From Prevotellaceae bacterium (GTDB taxonomy: Bacteria; Bacteroidota; Bacteroidia; Bacteroidales; Bacteroidaceae): a stretch of 64,000 nt of DNA. The notes under the pieces were generated by a model. It had not been told where the DNA came from and searched no databases. It worked only from the letters and a program-made list of their open reading frames with translations. Within the stretch, counting starts at the first letter, position 1; each line of letters begins with the position of its first letter. The stretch lies in assembly GCA_021153165.1 (NCBI GenBank), contig JAGKTZ010000003.1:6506-70505 (forward strand). Direction: 5' to 3'. The position numbers and the translations under genes were made by a program. Shown here in pieces: positions 9,423-20,557 of this stretch.

Positions 9423-11258
9423 ATGAAAATGACTCTCAACCCTAAGAAAACAATCCCAACTCTACTGATTTTGTCAGCAGGATTCTTGGGCACTTCATGT
9501 ATTGACAGCAACTACGACTTTAGCGAAGACATAGACCTGACTATGGGCCTCGGCGCAGAAGGTCTGACACTGAAGGTCGGCTCTACAGGAAAGTTCTTGG
9601 TGAAAGACATCTTGCAGGTGGACAACACCATCAAATTGGACCAAAACAACACCTACTACTTGGTAGAAGAAGGTACGACAAGCACAGAATTTCACATCGC
9701 TGACGTGAGCGCCGAGATCGACGCCGCTACACTGAGCACACACCAACGCGTAGTGACCTTCGACGACATACTGGACGAGATGGGTATACCCGACGAAATG
9801 TCGGTGCCTGTGACCACAGGTTTCTGCGTCAAAGAACATGGCGAGGGCGAAACGGACAAGTTCGACTTCCACGTGAAAGATATACAAAAGGATATTACAC
9901 ATATCTCGAAGGTATTCCCCGTGGAGGGCACACACATTCGTCTGGACTTGAAGCTCATCGAACCCAAGTCATTGGGCTTTGCGCTCAGCACAATCGAAAA
10001 TCTGCAAATCACTATGCCAGAATACCTGGTCATCAAGAGCGTAGAGCACGGCACATTCAAAGACAACGTCATCACAATCCCACGATTGGACAACCCCGAA
10101 CAAGGTTCCTTCTGCGACATCGTCGTAGACCACTTGAATCTTGGCAAAGATGGCGTCATCAACAACCAGGAATTGACCTTGCCCACAGAGAAAAACATCA
10201 TCAAGATGTCGGGCGACTTCACCTTTGCAGCAACCCGCAACTTCACAATGAGCCACGAGGACTATATCGACGTGGAATTGGACATCACCATCACATCTGA
10301 CGCTTCGAACAACAAGAATAAGGTGGAAATCGAAAAAGTCACTGGCAAATTCAATCCACATATCGACCCCATCACAGAAAAAATCAACATCGCCGACAAT
10401 CTGCCCGACTTCTTGCAAGACGAAAGGGTCAGCATCAACGTAAGCAACCCTACATTGAAATTTGACGCCGACTTGACCAACATTCCACTGACTCTGGACT
10501 TCAGCGGCGAACTCCGAGCAGTGCGAGATGGAGACGACAGTTTCACTAAGACTGTGACTATTCCCGCAGACAAAGATGAAGTCATCCTGAAAGGTGGCCA
10601 GCACGACTTGATATACTTCCACCAAGGTGACAAACCCTATGATCCAACTATCGAGGGTGAACCTGCTGGCGAATGGCTGAAGATACCCAACCTCTCTTCT
10701 TTGATCGAAAAAGTACCCGACTATGTCGAAGTCAATATTGCCGACGGCAAAATACACGTAGACCAAAGCCAGGAGTACACCATCCACTTGGGACACGACT
10801 ATCACGCCGACTTGGCATACTCAGTATTCGTGCCCTTCGAATTCAAGAGCGGCGTGTGCCTCATCCTCAAGGAAAGCACAGAATCCTTCGGCGAAGACTT
10901 GAAAGATTTCCAGGCTGAAGGCCTACAAGTGACCGGAAAAATCCTTAGCACTGTACCAATGAACATCACAGGTACTGCCGTACCCGTCGACGCTCAGGGC
11001 AACCCCGTCGAAGGTATCAACATCAACACCATACAAGTACCGGCATCCGACGGCACCAACGTGGTGGAAACAGAGGTGTTGATAGATATCACACTATCCG
11101 ACCCCGCATTGCTACACAAGGTAGATCATTTGACATTCGAATTCAAGACAGAGTCAGCAGATAGCGAAGTGCCACGCTCACTCAAAGCGACACAATATCT
11201 GCAAGTGCAAGACTTGCGCTTGAAACTTAAGGGACAAATCATTGCCAACTTCAACTAA
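9423..11258 (+). CDS. Large acidic beta-rich lipoprotein (DUF4621-like)
   Basis: Lipobox LGTSC followed by IDSNYDFSEDIDLTMGLGAEGLTL; start moved to MKMTLNPKK. Confidence 0.7.
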   Translation: MKMTLNPKKTIPTLLILSAGFLGTSCIDSNYDFSEDIDLTMGLGAEGLTLKVGSTGKFLVKDILQVDNTIKLDQNNTYYLVEEGTTSTEFHIADVSAEIDAATLSTHQRVVTFDDILDEMGIPDEMSVPVTTGFCVKEHGEGETDKFDFHVKDIQKDITHISKVFPVEGTHIRLDLKLIEPKSLGFALSTIENLQITMPEYLVIKSVEHGTFKDNVITIPRLDNPEQGSFCDIVVDHLNLGKDGVINNQELTLPTEKNIIKMSGDFTFAATRNFTMSHEDYIDVELDITITSDASNNKNKVEIEKVTGKFNPHIDPITEKINIADNLPDFLQDERVSINVSNPTLKFDADLTNIPLTLDFSGELRAVRDGDDSFTKTVTIPADKDEVILKGGQHDLIYFHQGDKPYDPTIEGEPAGEWLKIPNLSSLIEKVPDYVEVNIADGKIHVDQSQEYTIHLGHDYHADLAYSVFVPFEFKSGVCLILKESTESFGEDLKDFQAEGLQVTGKILSTVPMNITGTAVPVDAQGNPVEGININTIQVPASDGTNVVETEVLIDITLSDPALLHKVDHLTFEFKTESADSEVPRSLKATQYLQVQDLRLKLKGQIIANFN

Positions 11259-11438
11259 GGCTAAACATTATCCCCATCCGAAGCAGTCCTGACTTGTCGT
11301 AGACACAAATCAAACGTTGAAGGACCAACGCCTCGGATGACACCAACACTCCCTATTGTCACACCCTGCTCACAACACTTCGTAGAAACTCGACGAATAG
11401 TTTTTATCACAGCATGTGAGCCTCATATATCAAAAACT

Positions 11439-12740
11439 ATGAAACGAATCATAAGACTTTTTACCACAGCGTTAGCAATTGCTCTGACACTCCCCACATA
11501 TGCCCAAGAATTGCGCACCAGTTACTTCATGGAAAATTCACTTTTCCGCCATCAAATGAACCCAGCCCTACTGGAAGATCCCTACCTTTCAATCCTGACA
11601 GGCAATATCAATGTAGGAACTACAGGTAACATCGGCGCAAAAGACTTTATCTACGAACTGAAAGATAACCCTGACTACAAATATACAACGTTTATGAATC
11701 CCACTGTGAATGCAGAGGAATTCCTAAACAAATTGCACAAAAACAATCGCGTGGATGCTTATGTCAACTTCAACCTGCTGTCTGTAGGTTTCAAAGCGTT
11801 TGGCGGCACAAACTTGATTGAAGCAAACCTACGTTCAAACACCAACGTAGCCTTACCCTACGAACTCTTTGAATTTGCTAAGACCACCGGTGCAAAAGAA
11901 GAATATGATTTGAGCCGATTCGGCGGTCGCTCGCAAAACTACCTGGAATTCGCCCTCGGACATGCCCACAATATCGGCCAGAAAGTACGCATCGGTGCAA
12001 AAGCTAAATTCTTGCTCGGCGTAGCATTTGCCGACATCAGCGCCAACCAATTCAAAGCGACACTGAACCAGGACAAATGGCAAATTCAGACCGACGCACA
12101 GATGCATTTTGGTTATCTGGGCTACACACCAGCAGGTATGGGTCTCGCCGTTGACCTTGGTGTGACCTACAAGCCTACCCAGCACCTCACATTGAGTGCT
12201 GGCGTCACAGATTTGGGTATGATAAAGTGGAAGCCACTCAAGGGCACGTTCAAAAAGGAATTTACCTTTGACGGCTTCGAAGACATCAAAGTTGGCAACA
12301 GTGGCACAGGCAATAATATCGAGGACGAATTTGACCAAATCGCAGACGACCTGGAAGAACTGATCGAATACACAGACGAGGGAGAAGTTACCTTGACACA
12401 AAACATCACACCCACGATCAACGCAGGTGTAGAATACGCTCTACCAACCTACGACAAACTGCGCTTTGGTCTGCTCTACACCAGTCGCATAGACGGCCTC
12501 TACACATGGCACCAAGGTATGTTCGCAGCAAATATTCGTCCTGTAAAATGGTTCGAACTCTCGGCCAACTGCGCCTACTCTAACACAGGATTTACCTACG
12601 GCGGCGCGATAAGCCTAAAGGCTAAACACTTCAACTTCTACGTCGGCGCAGATCGCATCATCAGCAAAGTTTCAAAACAATTCATCCCGCTGGATCACAC
12701 CAACAGCAGCGTAAACGTAGGTATAGCTTTCCCATTGTAA
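11439..12740 (+). CDS. Outer-membrane beta-barrel protein (DUF5723-like)
   Basis: Signal peptide ending YA-Q; ELRTSYFM...RHQMNPAL; GLAVDLGVTY, SAGVTDLGMIKW; C-terminus VGIAFPL. Confidence 0.75.
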   Translation: MKRIIRLFTTALAIALTLPTYAQELRTSYFMENSLFRHQMNPALLEDPYLSILTGNINVGTTGNIGAKDFIYELKDNPDYKYTTFMNPTVNAEEFLNKLHKNNRVDAYVNFNLLSVGFKAFGGTNLIEANLRSNTNVALPYELFEFAKTTGAKEEYDLSRFGGRSQNYLEFALGHAHNIGQKVRIGAKAKFLLGVAFADISANQFKATLNQDKWQIQTDAQMHFGYLGYTPAGMGLAVDLGVTYKPTQHLTLSAGVTDLGMIKWKPLKGTFKKEFTFDGFEDIKVGNSGTGNNIEDEFDQIADDLEELIEYTDEGEVTLTQNITPTINAGVEYALPTYDKLRFGLLYTSRIDGLYTWHQGMFAANIRPVKWFELSANCAYSNTGFTYGGAISLKAKHFNFYVGADRIISKVSKQFIPLDHTNSSVNVGIAFPL

Positions 12741-12781
12741 TAGTACGCTACGCATAATCACTGCACCGGCATAACAGGCAC

Positions 12782-12821
12782 AAGACCTTTGTTCGTCATT
12801 CGCACGAGCAAAGGTCTTTTT
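12782..12821 (+). terminator. Intrinsic terminator
   Basis: AAGACCTTTGTTCGT...ACGAGCAAAGGTCTT followed by a T-run. Confidence 0.8.
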
Positions 12822-12839
12822 TATATATAAAGGGGCGTA

Positions 12840-12921
12840 GAAAAAAGCCTTAATCTTTTTCAAAAAAACCTAAACCTTTTTTCAACAAGACGTCGCGAAA
12901 TTTCAAAAAGATCTTGGTTTG
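12840..12921. repeat. 21-bp-period A/T-tract array (with core motif)
   Basis: Core TTTTTTCAACAAGACGTCGCGAAATTTCAAAAAGATCTT at 12877, preceded by two A-tract/T-tract units. Confidence 0.85.
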
Positions 12922-13197
12922 TGAAATCGGCATCTCTCCCCGATCAAATTTCATCCCATCTGCGCCACTGGCGGCCTGTGCCAACGGATGCGGTGCGGCA
13001 GGTGTTTCTCGCACACTTTCGTAGTATCAGAAATCAAAAAATGTGTATAAAACTTACTATCTCGAAAGAAAAGCGTATCTTTGCAAGTTGGAAAGGAGTG
13101 CTTTGGCTTATCTACGTTCTGCTTACTAATGGGCGCACTTTGTCAGAGCAAAGACATTTCTAAACTATTCATTTGTCAACAAAACAAACAATATATT

Positions 13198-15240
13198 ATG
13201 GAAAAGAAATTCAACAGAACCCTTGTTACCTCCGCTTTGCCCTATGCCAACGGAGGTATTCACATTGGGCACTTGGCAGGCGTATATGTCCCCGCAGATA
13301 TCTACGTGCGCTACCTCCGCTTGAAAGGCGAAGAGGTACTCTTCATCGGTGGTTCGGACGAGCACGGCGTACCCGTGACCATTCGCGCAAAGAAGGAAGG
13401 CATCACCGTACAAGAAGTGGTGGACCGCTATCACAACCTGATCAAGGACTCATTTGCCGAATTTGGCATCTCGTTTGATGTATACTCACGCACCACATCC
13501 GACACGCACAAGAAACATGCTTCTGACTTTTTCCGCAAACTCTACGATACAGGCAAATTTGTCGAACTCGAATCTGAACAATTCTACGACGAAGAAGCAC
13601 AAGAATTCCTGACAGACCGCAACATCAAGGGCGAGTGTCCACGATGTCACGCTGCCGACGCATACGGCGACCAATGCGAAAAATGCGGTTCGACCCTTTC
13701 TCCAGAAGAGTTGATCAACCCCTACAACGCTGCTACCGGCAACACACTGGTGAAGCGCCCGACAAGCCACTGGTACTTGCCACTCAACGACTATCAAGGA
13801 TGGCTCGAAAAGTGGATATTGGAAGAGCACAAAGAATGGCGTCCCAACGTATATGGTCAATGCAAGAGTTGGCTGGACTTAGGATTGCGCCCACGTGCCG
13901 TAACACGCGACTTAAACTGGGGTATCCCCGTGCCTGTAGAAGGCGCCGAGGGCAAAGTACTCTACGTATGGTTTGACGCACCAATCGGCTACATTTCAAA
14001 TACCAAGGAGTTGCTCCCCAATGATTGGGAGAAGTGGTGGAAGAGCGAGGATACCAAACTCGTACACTTCATCGGCAAGGATAATATCGTATTCCACTGC
14101 ATCGTATTCCCCACTATGCTCAAAGCAGAAGGTTCATATATCCTACCAGACAACGTACCTTCAAACGAATTCCTCAATCTGGAAGACGACAAGATTTCTA
14201 CGTCACGCAACTGGGCCGTATGGTTGCACGAATACCTGGTAGATTTCCCAGGAAAGCAGGACGTGCTCCGCTATGTCCTTACTGCCAATGCGCCTGAGAC
14301 TAAGGACAACAATTTCACCTGGGCTGATTTCCAAGCGCGCAATAACAACGAGTTGGTAGCAGTATATGGTAATTTCGTCAACCGTGCACTGCAATTGACC
14401 AAGAAGTATTATAATGGCGTCGTACCCCAATGCGGTGAACTCACTGCCTTCGATCAGGAAACTATTGACGAGTTCCGCAACATCAAGGCTAAGGTGGAAT
14501 CATTGCTCGACGGTTACCGTTTCCGCGACGCTTTGAAGGAAACCATGAACATGGCACGTATCGGCAACAAATACTTGGCCGACAGCGAACCATGGAAGGT
14601 GGTGAAGACAGACCCCGAACGCGTGAAGACAATCATCAACGTATCGTTGCAAATGGCCGCCAATCTGGCTATCGCATTCGAAGCATTCCTCCCCTTCTCG
14701 TCTGCTCAATTGCGTCAGATGCTTAACCTCGGTACACTGACATGGGAAGATCTTGGCCGCATGGATTTGCTCCCTGCCGACCATCAGTTGGCTGAGCCTG
14801 CGTTGCTCTTTGAAAAGATAGAGGATGAGGCGATCGCTGCACAAATGCAAAGACTTGAAGATATCAAGAAGGCGAATGAAGCTGCAAACTATCGCGCAGA
14901 AGAAATTTTACCAGACACAGATTTCGACAATTTCTTGAAGTTGGATCTGCGCGTCGGCACCGTGTTGGCATGCGAGCGTGTCCCCAAGATGAAGAAGCTA
15001 CTGAAATTCCAAATTGCCGACGGCTTGGAAAATCGCACCATCGTATCGGGCATAGCACAGCACTACGAGCCCGAACAATTAGTAGGCAAGCAAGTCTGCT
15101 TCGTTGCTAATTTCCCTCCACGTAAGTTCAAGGACGGATTGGTAAGCGAAGGCATGATACTCTCTGCAGTAAATGCTGATGGTACCCTGAGCGTGATGAC
15201 TACAGACCGCGAAGTGTTGCCAGGAAGCAAGGTGCAATAA
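13198..15240 (+). CDS. metG: Methionine--tRNA ligase
   Basis: [13 protein letters not shown], Zn knuckles [24 protein letters not shown]-terminal tRNA-binding OB domain; -7 box TATCTTTG at 13076. Confidence 0.97.
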   Translation: MEKKFNRTLVTSALPYANGGIHIGHLAGVYVPADIYVRYLRLKGEEVLFIGGSDEHGVPVTIRAKKEGITVQEVVDRYHNLIKDSFAEFGISFDVYSRTTSDTHKKHASDFFRKLYDTGKFVELESEQFYDEEAQEFLTDRNIKGECPRCHAADAYGDQCEKCGSTLSPEELINPYNAATGNTLVKRPTSHWYLPLNDYQGWLEKWILEEHKEWRPNVYGQCKSWLDLGLRPRAVTRDLNWGIPVPVEGAEGKVLYVWFDAPIGYISNTKELLPNDWEKWWKSEDTKLVHFIGKDNIVFHCIVFPTMLKAEGSYILPDNVPSNEFLNLEDDKISTSRNWAVWLHEYLVDFPGKQDVLRYVLTANAPETKDNNFTWADFQARNNNELVAVYGNFVNRALQLTKKYYNGVVPQCGELTAFDQETIDEFRNIKAKVESLLDGYRFRDALKETMNMARIGNKYLADSEPWKVVKTDPERVKTIINVSLQMAANLAIAFEAFLPFSSAQLRQMLNLGTLTWEDLGRMDLLPADHQLAEPALLFEKIEDEAIAAQMQRLEDIKKANEAANYRAEEILPDTDFDNFLKLDLRVGTVLACERVPKMKKLLKFQIADGLENRTIVSGIAQHYEPEQLVGKQVCFVANFPPRKFKDGLVSEGMILSAVNADGTLSVMTTDREVLPGSKVQ

Positions 15241-15373
15241 ATCACAAGGCAGGCGGTATAGCGTATATCCTAGATACTGTACACACTACAATCGTATTAT
15301 GTGATTTCGGAAGCAAACATATCATACCGCTCGCCATATATATTGAAAAAAGACCTAAACTAAAAATAAAAAA

Positions 15374-17917
15374 ATGAAAAGAATCTTTACCCTAGTATTG
15401 GCATTGTGGACCACAGCCGCAGCGTTGTTGGCCATTCCTGCCGACCCACGCCCACGCACCTTCAAGCAGGCCGATGGAACTACTATCACGTTGCGATTGC
15501 GCGGTGATGAGTGCTTCCACTTCATGTCTACGCTCGACGGTATGCCCGTGGTAAAAAATCAAAACGGCTTCTACTGCTATGCCGAGGTATTGAATGACGT
15601 ACTTGTGCCCACAGCGGTGATCGCACACGATGTGGAAAAGCGCGGCGCAGAGGAACAATCTTTCGTAGACAACAAGAAGACTGCTGTACTCACATCGTTG
15701 ACCAAAATACACAACGAGGCGAAAGCGACACTCAACGCTCAGCGTGCAAAGCAGATGGCACAACAGCCAACACCCAACAAGGCGAAGTTTGAAGGTACTA
15801 AGCGCGGTCTCGTGATCTTGGTACAATTCAAAAACAGAGCAATGAGCGCTGCAGGTACCCAGGCAGAGTTTAACGATATGATGAACAAGCCTGGCTACGA
15901 CCACCATGGCCACATCGGTAGTGTGAATGATTATTTCAAGGATCAAAGTTACGGCAAATTTGACCTCCAGTTCGACGTAGCAGGTCCAGTACAATTGAAG
16001 TACGACTACTCTTACTACGGACAAGACAACAGCGACTCGGATATCGACATTCATGCCGGCAGTTTGGTCAAGGAAGCCATCCTAGGCGTAGATGCTGAAA
16101 TCGATTTCTCTCAATACGACTGGAACAATGATGGCGAAGTAGATCAAGTGTATGTGATCTATGCTGGTCCTGGTCAGCACACTGGGGCAGAGAGCAGTAC
16201 CATCTGGCCACACCAATTCTACTTGCAATACTCAGATGTACGCCAAAAGGTAAAACTCGACGGCGTGTACGTCAACACCTACGCTATCGGTAGCGAACTT
16301 CAATCACCCTACTCATCAGACTTGACCGGTATCGGTACAATGATTCACGAGTACACTCACTGTCTGGGCATCCCCGACTTCTACGACGTGCAATACGGCG
16401 GCGGTTGGGGTTTGAATGTATGGAGTGTAATGGACGCTGGTTCGTACAACAATGATTCGCGTTGTCCCGTACCCTACACTGCACACGAACGTATATTGGC
16501 AGGCTGGCTCGAACCAGTAGAACTCAATGCCGCTACTGTGGTGTCAGAGATGAAGCCTATCACCGAAGCACCCGAGGCATATATTATATATAACGACGGC
16601 TACAGAAACGAATACTACCTCTTGGAAAACCGCCAACAAAGATCTTGGGACAAGTACTCTAAGGGTCATGGTATGCTGATTACTCACGTCGACTACAGAG
16701 CTAAAGACTGGGCAGACAACACGGTGAATATTGATCCCAGCCACCAACGTATGACCATTATTCCTGCGGACAATTCGTATGGTGCTGGTTCTGGTTACAC
16801 ATCGGACTATGAATTGTCGGGCGACCCCTTCCCTGGCGTTTCTGGCAACACACAATTGACCGACAAAAGCAAGCCTGCTGCAAAGCTCTTCAATTCGAAT
16901 ATCGATGGCAGCAAGTTGATGCACAAACCTATCGAAAATATCAAAGAAAGCAAGGATGGCTTGATCACATTCTCCTTTATGGGTGGTGAACGCCCCGAAG
17001 CTCCCGTGGTTTTGGCAGAGACTAATGTTTCTGAAAACGCCTTTACTATCAACTGGGAAGCAGTAGAAAAGGCAAGCAGCTATACCGTAGAGTTGCGCGA
17101 ACTGGCTGATGTCTTGCCCGAAGAAAACGCCCTCATCACAGAGTCTTTCGAACTCTGTATGGGTACACAGGACGGCGGCGATGGCGCTATGGACATCTCA
17201 AGCATGATTGATGATTACACCTTGCAACCAGGCTGGAGCGGTTCACGCCTTTATGATAGCCCCTCACGCCTTAAGTTAGGTTCTCAACGCTTCAATGGTG
17301 TGCTCACCACACCTTTGCTCAAGGCTCCCGAGGCTGGTGTTGCGACTGTCAAGTTTACACATAGCAACTACGGCACTTTGACTTCAATCGGTGCTACCGT
17401 TGAGGTGGTTGACGCCAGCGGCGCAGTGCTTGCACAACAAAGCGTGAATTTGGAAGGCAAGTCTTACGTGCTCCATTTCGAAGGCATCACCTCCGACTTT
17501 AAGGTAAGCTTGAAGCCCAGCGCACGTGCTTACATCGAAGACATGACCGTATACAATGGTAAGTTTACTACTGCCGACTTCGAAGAAGGCGGAAACGACA
17601 GCAAAACTCAGACCTTCGAGGGTATTACAGAAACCTCGTACACCTTCACCGACCTCACCGCAAATCGCTACGAATATCGCGTGAAAGCTGTCAACAAGGA
17701 AGGCGAATCAGAATGGAGCGAAAGTAAAAAGATCAACTTGAAGTCTATCGTAGAAGGCATCACCGCTGCACCAGTAGTGAGCGGATGGGCAGAAGTCTTC
17801 ACTATGGATGGTCGCCGCGTAGGCGCGTTCAAGAGCAACCGCGCATTGCAACAATTGCCCGCTGGTATTTATGTCGTACGTCAAGCTGGCATGACTCGCA
17901 AATATATTGTGAAATAA
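15374..17917 (+). CDS. M6-family (immune inhibitor A-like) secreted metalloprotease with FN3 and T9SS-like tail
   Basis: Signal peptide; propeptide QADGT...GDE; HEYTHCLGIPDFY Zn motif; WSVMDAGSYN; YYLLENRQ; tail VFTMDGRRV...GIYVVR. Confidence 0.9.
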   Translation: MKRIFTLVLALWTTAAALLAIPADPRPRTFKQADGTTITLRLRGDECFHFMSTLDGMPVVKNQNGFYCYAEVLNDVLVPTAVIAHDVEKRGAEEQSFVDNKKTAVLTSLTKIHNEAKATLNAQRAKQMAQQPTPNKAKFEGTKRGLVILVQFKNRAMSAAGTQAEFNDMMNKPGYDHHGHIGSVNDYFKDQSYGKFDLQFDVAGPVQLKYDYSYYGQDNSDSDIDIHAGSLVKEAILGVDAEIDFSQYDWNNDGEVDQVYVIYAGPGQHTGAESSTIWPHQFYLQYSDVRQKVKLDGVYVNTYAIGSELQSPYSSDLTGIGTMIHEYTHCLGIPDFYDVQYGGGWGLNVWSVMDAGSYNNDSRCPVPYTAHERILAGWLEPVELNAATVVSEMKPITEAPEAYIIYNDGYRNEYYLLENRQQRSWDKYSKGHGMLITHVDYRAKDWADNTVNIDPSHQRMTIIPADNSYGAGSGYTSDYELSGDPFPGVSGNTQLTDKSKPAAKLFNSNIDGSKLMHKPIENIKESKDGLITFSFMGGERPEAPVVLAETNVSENAFTINWEAVEKASSYTVELRELADVLPEENALITESFELCMGTQDGGDGAMDISSMIDDYTLQPGWSGSRLYDSPSRLKLGSQRFNGVLTTPLLKAPEAGVATVKFTHSNYGTLTSIGATVEVVDASGAVLAQQSVNLEGKSYVLHFEGITSDFKVSLKPSARAYIEDMTVYNGKFTTADFEEGGNDSKTQTFEGITETSYTFTDLTANRYEYRVKAVNKEGESEWSESKKINLKSIVEGITAAPVVSGWAEVFTMDGRRVGAFKSNRALQQLPAGIYVVRQAGMTRKYIVK

Positions 17918-17949
17918 CGCCTGCTCATTTAGAGCAAAACATCCTACAT

Positions 17950-17989
17950 AAAATTGGCATTCCATCAAATGGTGTGCCAATTTTCTTTT
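17950..17989 (+). terminator. Intrinsic terminator
   Basis: AAAATTGGCA...TGCCAATTTT followed by CTTTT. Confidence 0.75.
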
Positions 17990-18171
17990 ACCTAATTGGT
18001 GCAAGGCAAAGGATAAGAGATCTACACTGATACATTGATACAAAACAGATCACTATTGAGAAGCGTATCCCAGCAAATATCATTCGTCAAATATTTGGCA
18101 GATTGAGCGGCTTTTATTTATTTTGCAGAAGAAAGCATCTTTATGAAAAAACATAATAAATATAATAAAGT

Positions 18172-20265
18172 ATGAAAAGAGTAATTTTAGGTTTAGCTAT
18201 GACCACAGCGCTGGCGGCGTGCGATTCTGCCGGCGGCGGTCGACTGATGCAGGATTCAGCGTTGCCATTTGGTGCACCTGAGTTTTCTAAGTACGAATCG
18301 GGAGAATATGAAGCAGCATTCATGGCAGCATTTGAGCAACAGAAGGCAGAGATTGACTCGATTGCGAATATCACTGAAGCGCCCACGTTCGACAACACCA
18401 TCGGTGCTTTGGAACAAAGCGGCAAGTTGCTGTCAAAAGTATCGGGCATCTTCTTCAATCTGAACGAGACCGACGCTGACGAAGTAATGAAAGAGACTGA
18501 GAAGAAAATCATGCCCTTGATGACAGAACATGGTGCGTATATGACGATGAACGAAAAACTCTTCGAACGCATCAAGCAAGTGTATGACAACAAAGCTCAG
18601 ATGAACTTGACACGCGAACAGGAAATGGTATTGGACAAATACTACAGAAAGTTCGTCAGAGGCGGTGCCTTGCTCAGCTCAGAGGACAAAAAGAAATTCA
18701 TGGAGATCGAGAAGGAACTGTCGATGGCCAGCATCCAATTTGGCGACAATTCGCTTGCAGAAACCAACGCTTTCGAACTCCACATCACTAACGAAAAAGA
18801 TCTGGCTGGTCTGCCCGAAGGTAGCGTGCAAGCTGCCAAGGAAGAAGCACAAAACAGAGGCAAAGACGGGTGGGTATTCACACTGCAAAAGCCAAGCTGG
18901 ACGCCATTCATGCAGTATGCAGAAAATCGCGACCTGAGAAAGCAGATGTACCTGGGCTACATCAATCGTGGCGACAATAATAATGCCAACGACAACAAGG
19001 CACTGATTGCAAAAATCCTGAAACTCCGTCAAGAAAAGGCAAAGCTCTTTGGCTTCAATAGTTTTGCCGACTATCAATTGGAGGACAAGATGGCGGGCAC
19101 TCCCAAAGCAGCCTACGATCTGCTGATGACTATCTGGAATGCAGCATTGCCCAAGGCGAAAGAAGAAGCTGCTGAATTGCAAAAGATGATCGACGAAGAA
19201 GGCGGAAACTTCAAACTCGAAGCATGGGACTGGTGGTACTACACCGAAAAGTTGCGCCAGAAGAAATATGCCCTCAACGAAAATGAACTGAAGCCCTACT
19301 TCTCGCTCGACAACGTGAGAAAAGGCTCGTTTATGGTAGCCAACAAACTTTTTGGTGTCAACTTCAAAGAAGTGGAAGGCATCGATATCTATCACCCCGA
19401 AGTAAAAGTATTTGAAGTAACCGATACCGACAGTTCACACCTGGCTTTGTTCTACACAGACTACTTCCCACGCGCTACAAAGCGTGCTGGCGCATGGATG
19501 AACAACATCGTGGAAGCTACAAACGTAGCAGGCGAAAACCAACGTCCGATGATCGTGAATGTGTGCAACTTCACACGTCCTGCAGGCAATACTCCCTCGC
19601 TACTCAACATTGACGAAACACGCACACTGTTCCACGAATTTGGTCACGCACTGCATGGCATGCTCACTATGGCTAAATATCCTTCGGTCAATGGTACTAA
19701 CGTAGCACGCGACTTTGTGGAATTGCCCTCGCAGATTATGGAGCACTGGGCTATCGAACCCGAAGTGTTGAAAATGTATGCTCACCACTATGAAACAGGC
19801 GATACTATCCCCGACGAACTCATTGCCAAGATGCAAGCAGCTGGTTCGTTCAACTCGGGCTTCGAAACTGTGGAACTGGTAGCCGCAGCATTGCTCGATA
19901 TGGAATTCCACATGGTGGAAGACTATAGCAACTTCGACGCAGCAGCATTCGAAAAGTCTGTAGCAGAAAAGATCGGCCTCATCCCACAAATCACCTTCCG
20001 CTATCGTGGTCCTTTCTTCAACCACGTCTTCAGCGGCGGCTATGCCGTGGGTTACTACAGTTACCTCTGGGCCGAAGTATTGGATGCCGATGGTTACGAA
20101 GCTTTCAAGGAAAAGGGCGTATTTGACAAAGAAACTGGTATGAGTTTCCGCAAGAATATTCTGGAAATGGGCGGCAGCGAAGAACCTATGGAATTGTACC
20201 GTCGTTTCCGCGGAGCAGAACCCAATCCTCAAGCGCTGCTCAAAAACAGAGGCCTCATTGACTAA
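18172..20265 (+). CDS. M3-family peptidase (peptidyl-dipeptidase Dcp-like), lipoprotein
   Basis: Lipobox LAAC; FHEFGHALH; DFVELPSQ; GYYSYLWAE. Confidence 0.93.
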   Translation: MKRVILGLAMTTALAACDSAGGGRLMQDSALPFGAPEFSKYESGEYEAAFMAAFEQQKAEIDSIANITEAPTFDNTIGALEQSGKLLSKVSGIFFNLNETDADEVMKETEKKIMPLMTEHGAYMTMNEKLFERIKQVYDNKAQMNLTREQEMVLDKYYRKFVRGGALLSSEDKKKFMEIEKELSMASIQFGDNSLAETNAFELHITNEKDLAGLPEGSVQAAKEEAQNRGKDGWVFTLQKPSWTPFMQYAENRDLRKQMYLGYINRGDNNNANDNKALIAKILKLRQEKAKLFGFNSFADYQLEDKMAGTPKAAYDLLMTIWNAALPKAKEEAAELQKMIDEEGGNFKLEAWDWWYYTEKLRQKKYALNENELKPYFSLDNVRKGSFMVANKLFGVNFKEVEGIDIYHPEVKVFEVTDTDSSHLALFYTDYFPRATKRAGAWMNNIVEATNVAGENQRPMIVNVCNFTRPAGNTPSLLNIDETRTLFHEFGHALHGMLTMAKYPSVNGTNVARDFVELPSQIMEHWAIEPEVLKMYAHHYETGDTIPDELIAKMQAAGSFNSGFETVELVAAALLDMEFHMVEDYSNFDAAAFEKSVAEKIGLIPQITFRYRGPFFNHVFSGGYAVGYYSYLWAEVLDADGYEAFKEKGVFDKETGMSFRKNILEMGGSEEPMELYRRFRGAEPNPQALLKNRGLID

Positions 20266-20557
20266 GTTAAGAGGCTGACAAAGCCAAGCATATTTGACGT
20301 ATAGGTACGGCTCACGTCCTGTACTACACCTATCTACCGACCGACGGTCTATGTCCCACAAAATGGGCTTGAACTGCCGGTCGGTATCTTTTGTCTCCAG
20401 TCGTCAAGCGAAGGGAAGGGTCACATTTTGCCTAATCTCAGTGCCCCAAAAGCATATGTCTGCCGCTCGGCAAGCAGTTTCATATCCCCCGTCCTTGGTG
20501 CGGCAGAATAAATGTGCTACTTTTGCAAAAGCAACAAACACCTATTATATATTATAT

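Noticed and set aside
15248-15335. Long-range stem between metG and the M6 protease as a riboswitch
   Set aside because: Only one outer pairing (GCGGTAT/ATACCGC) and no aptamer motif I recognise.
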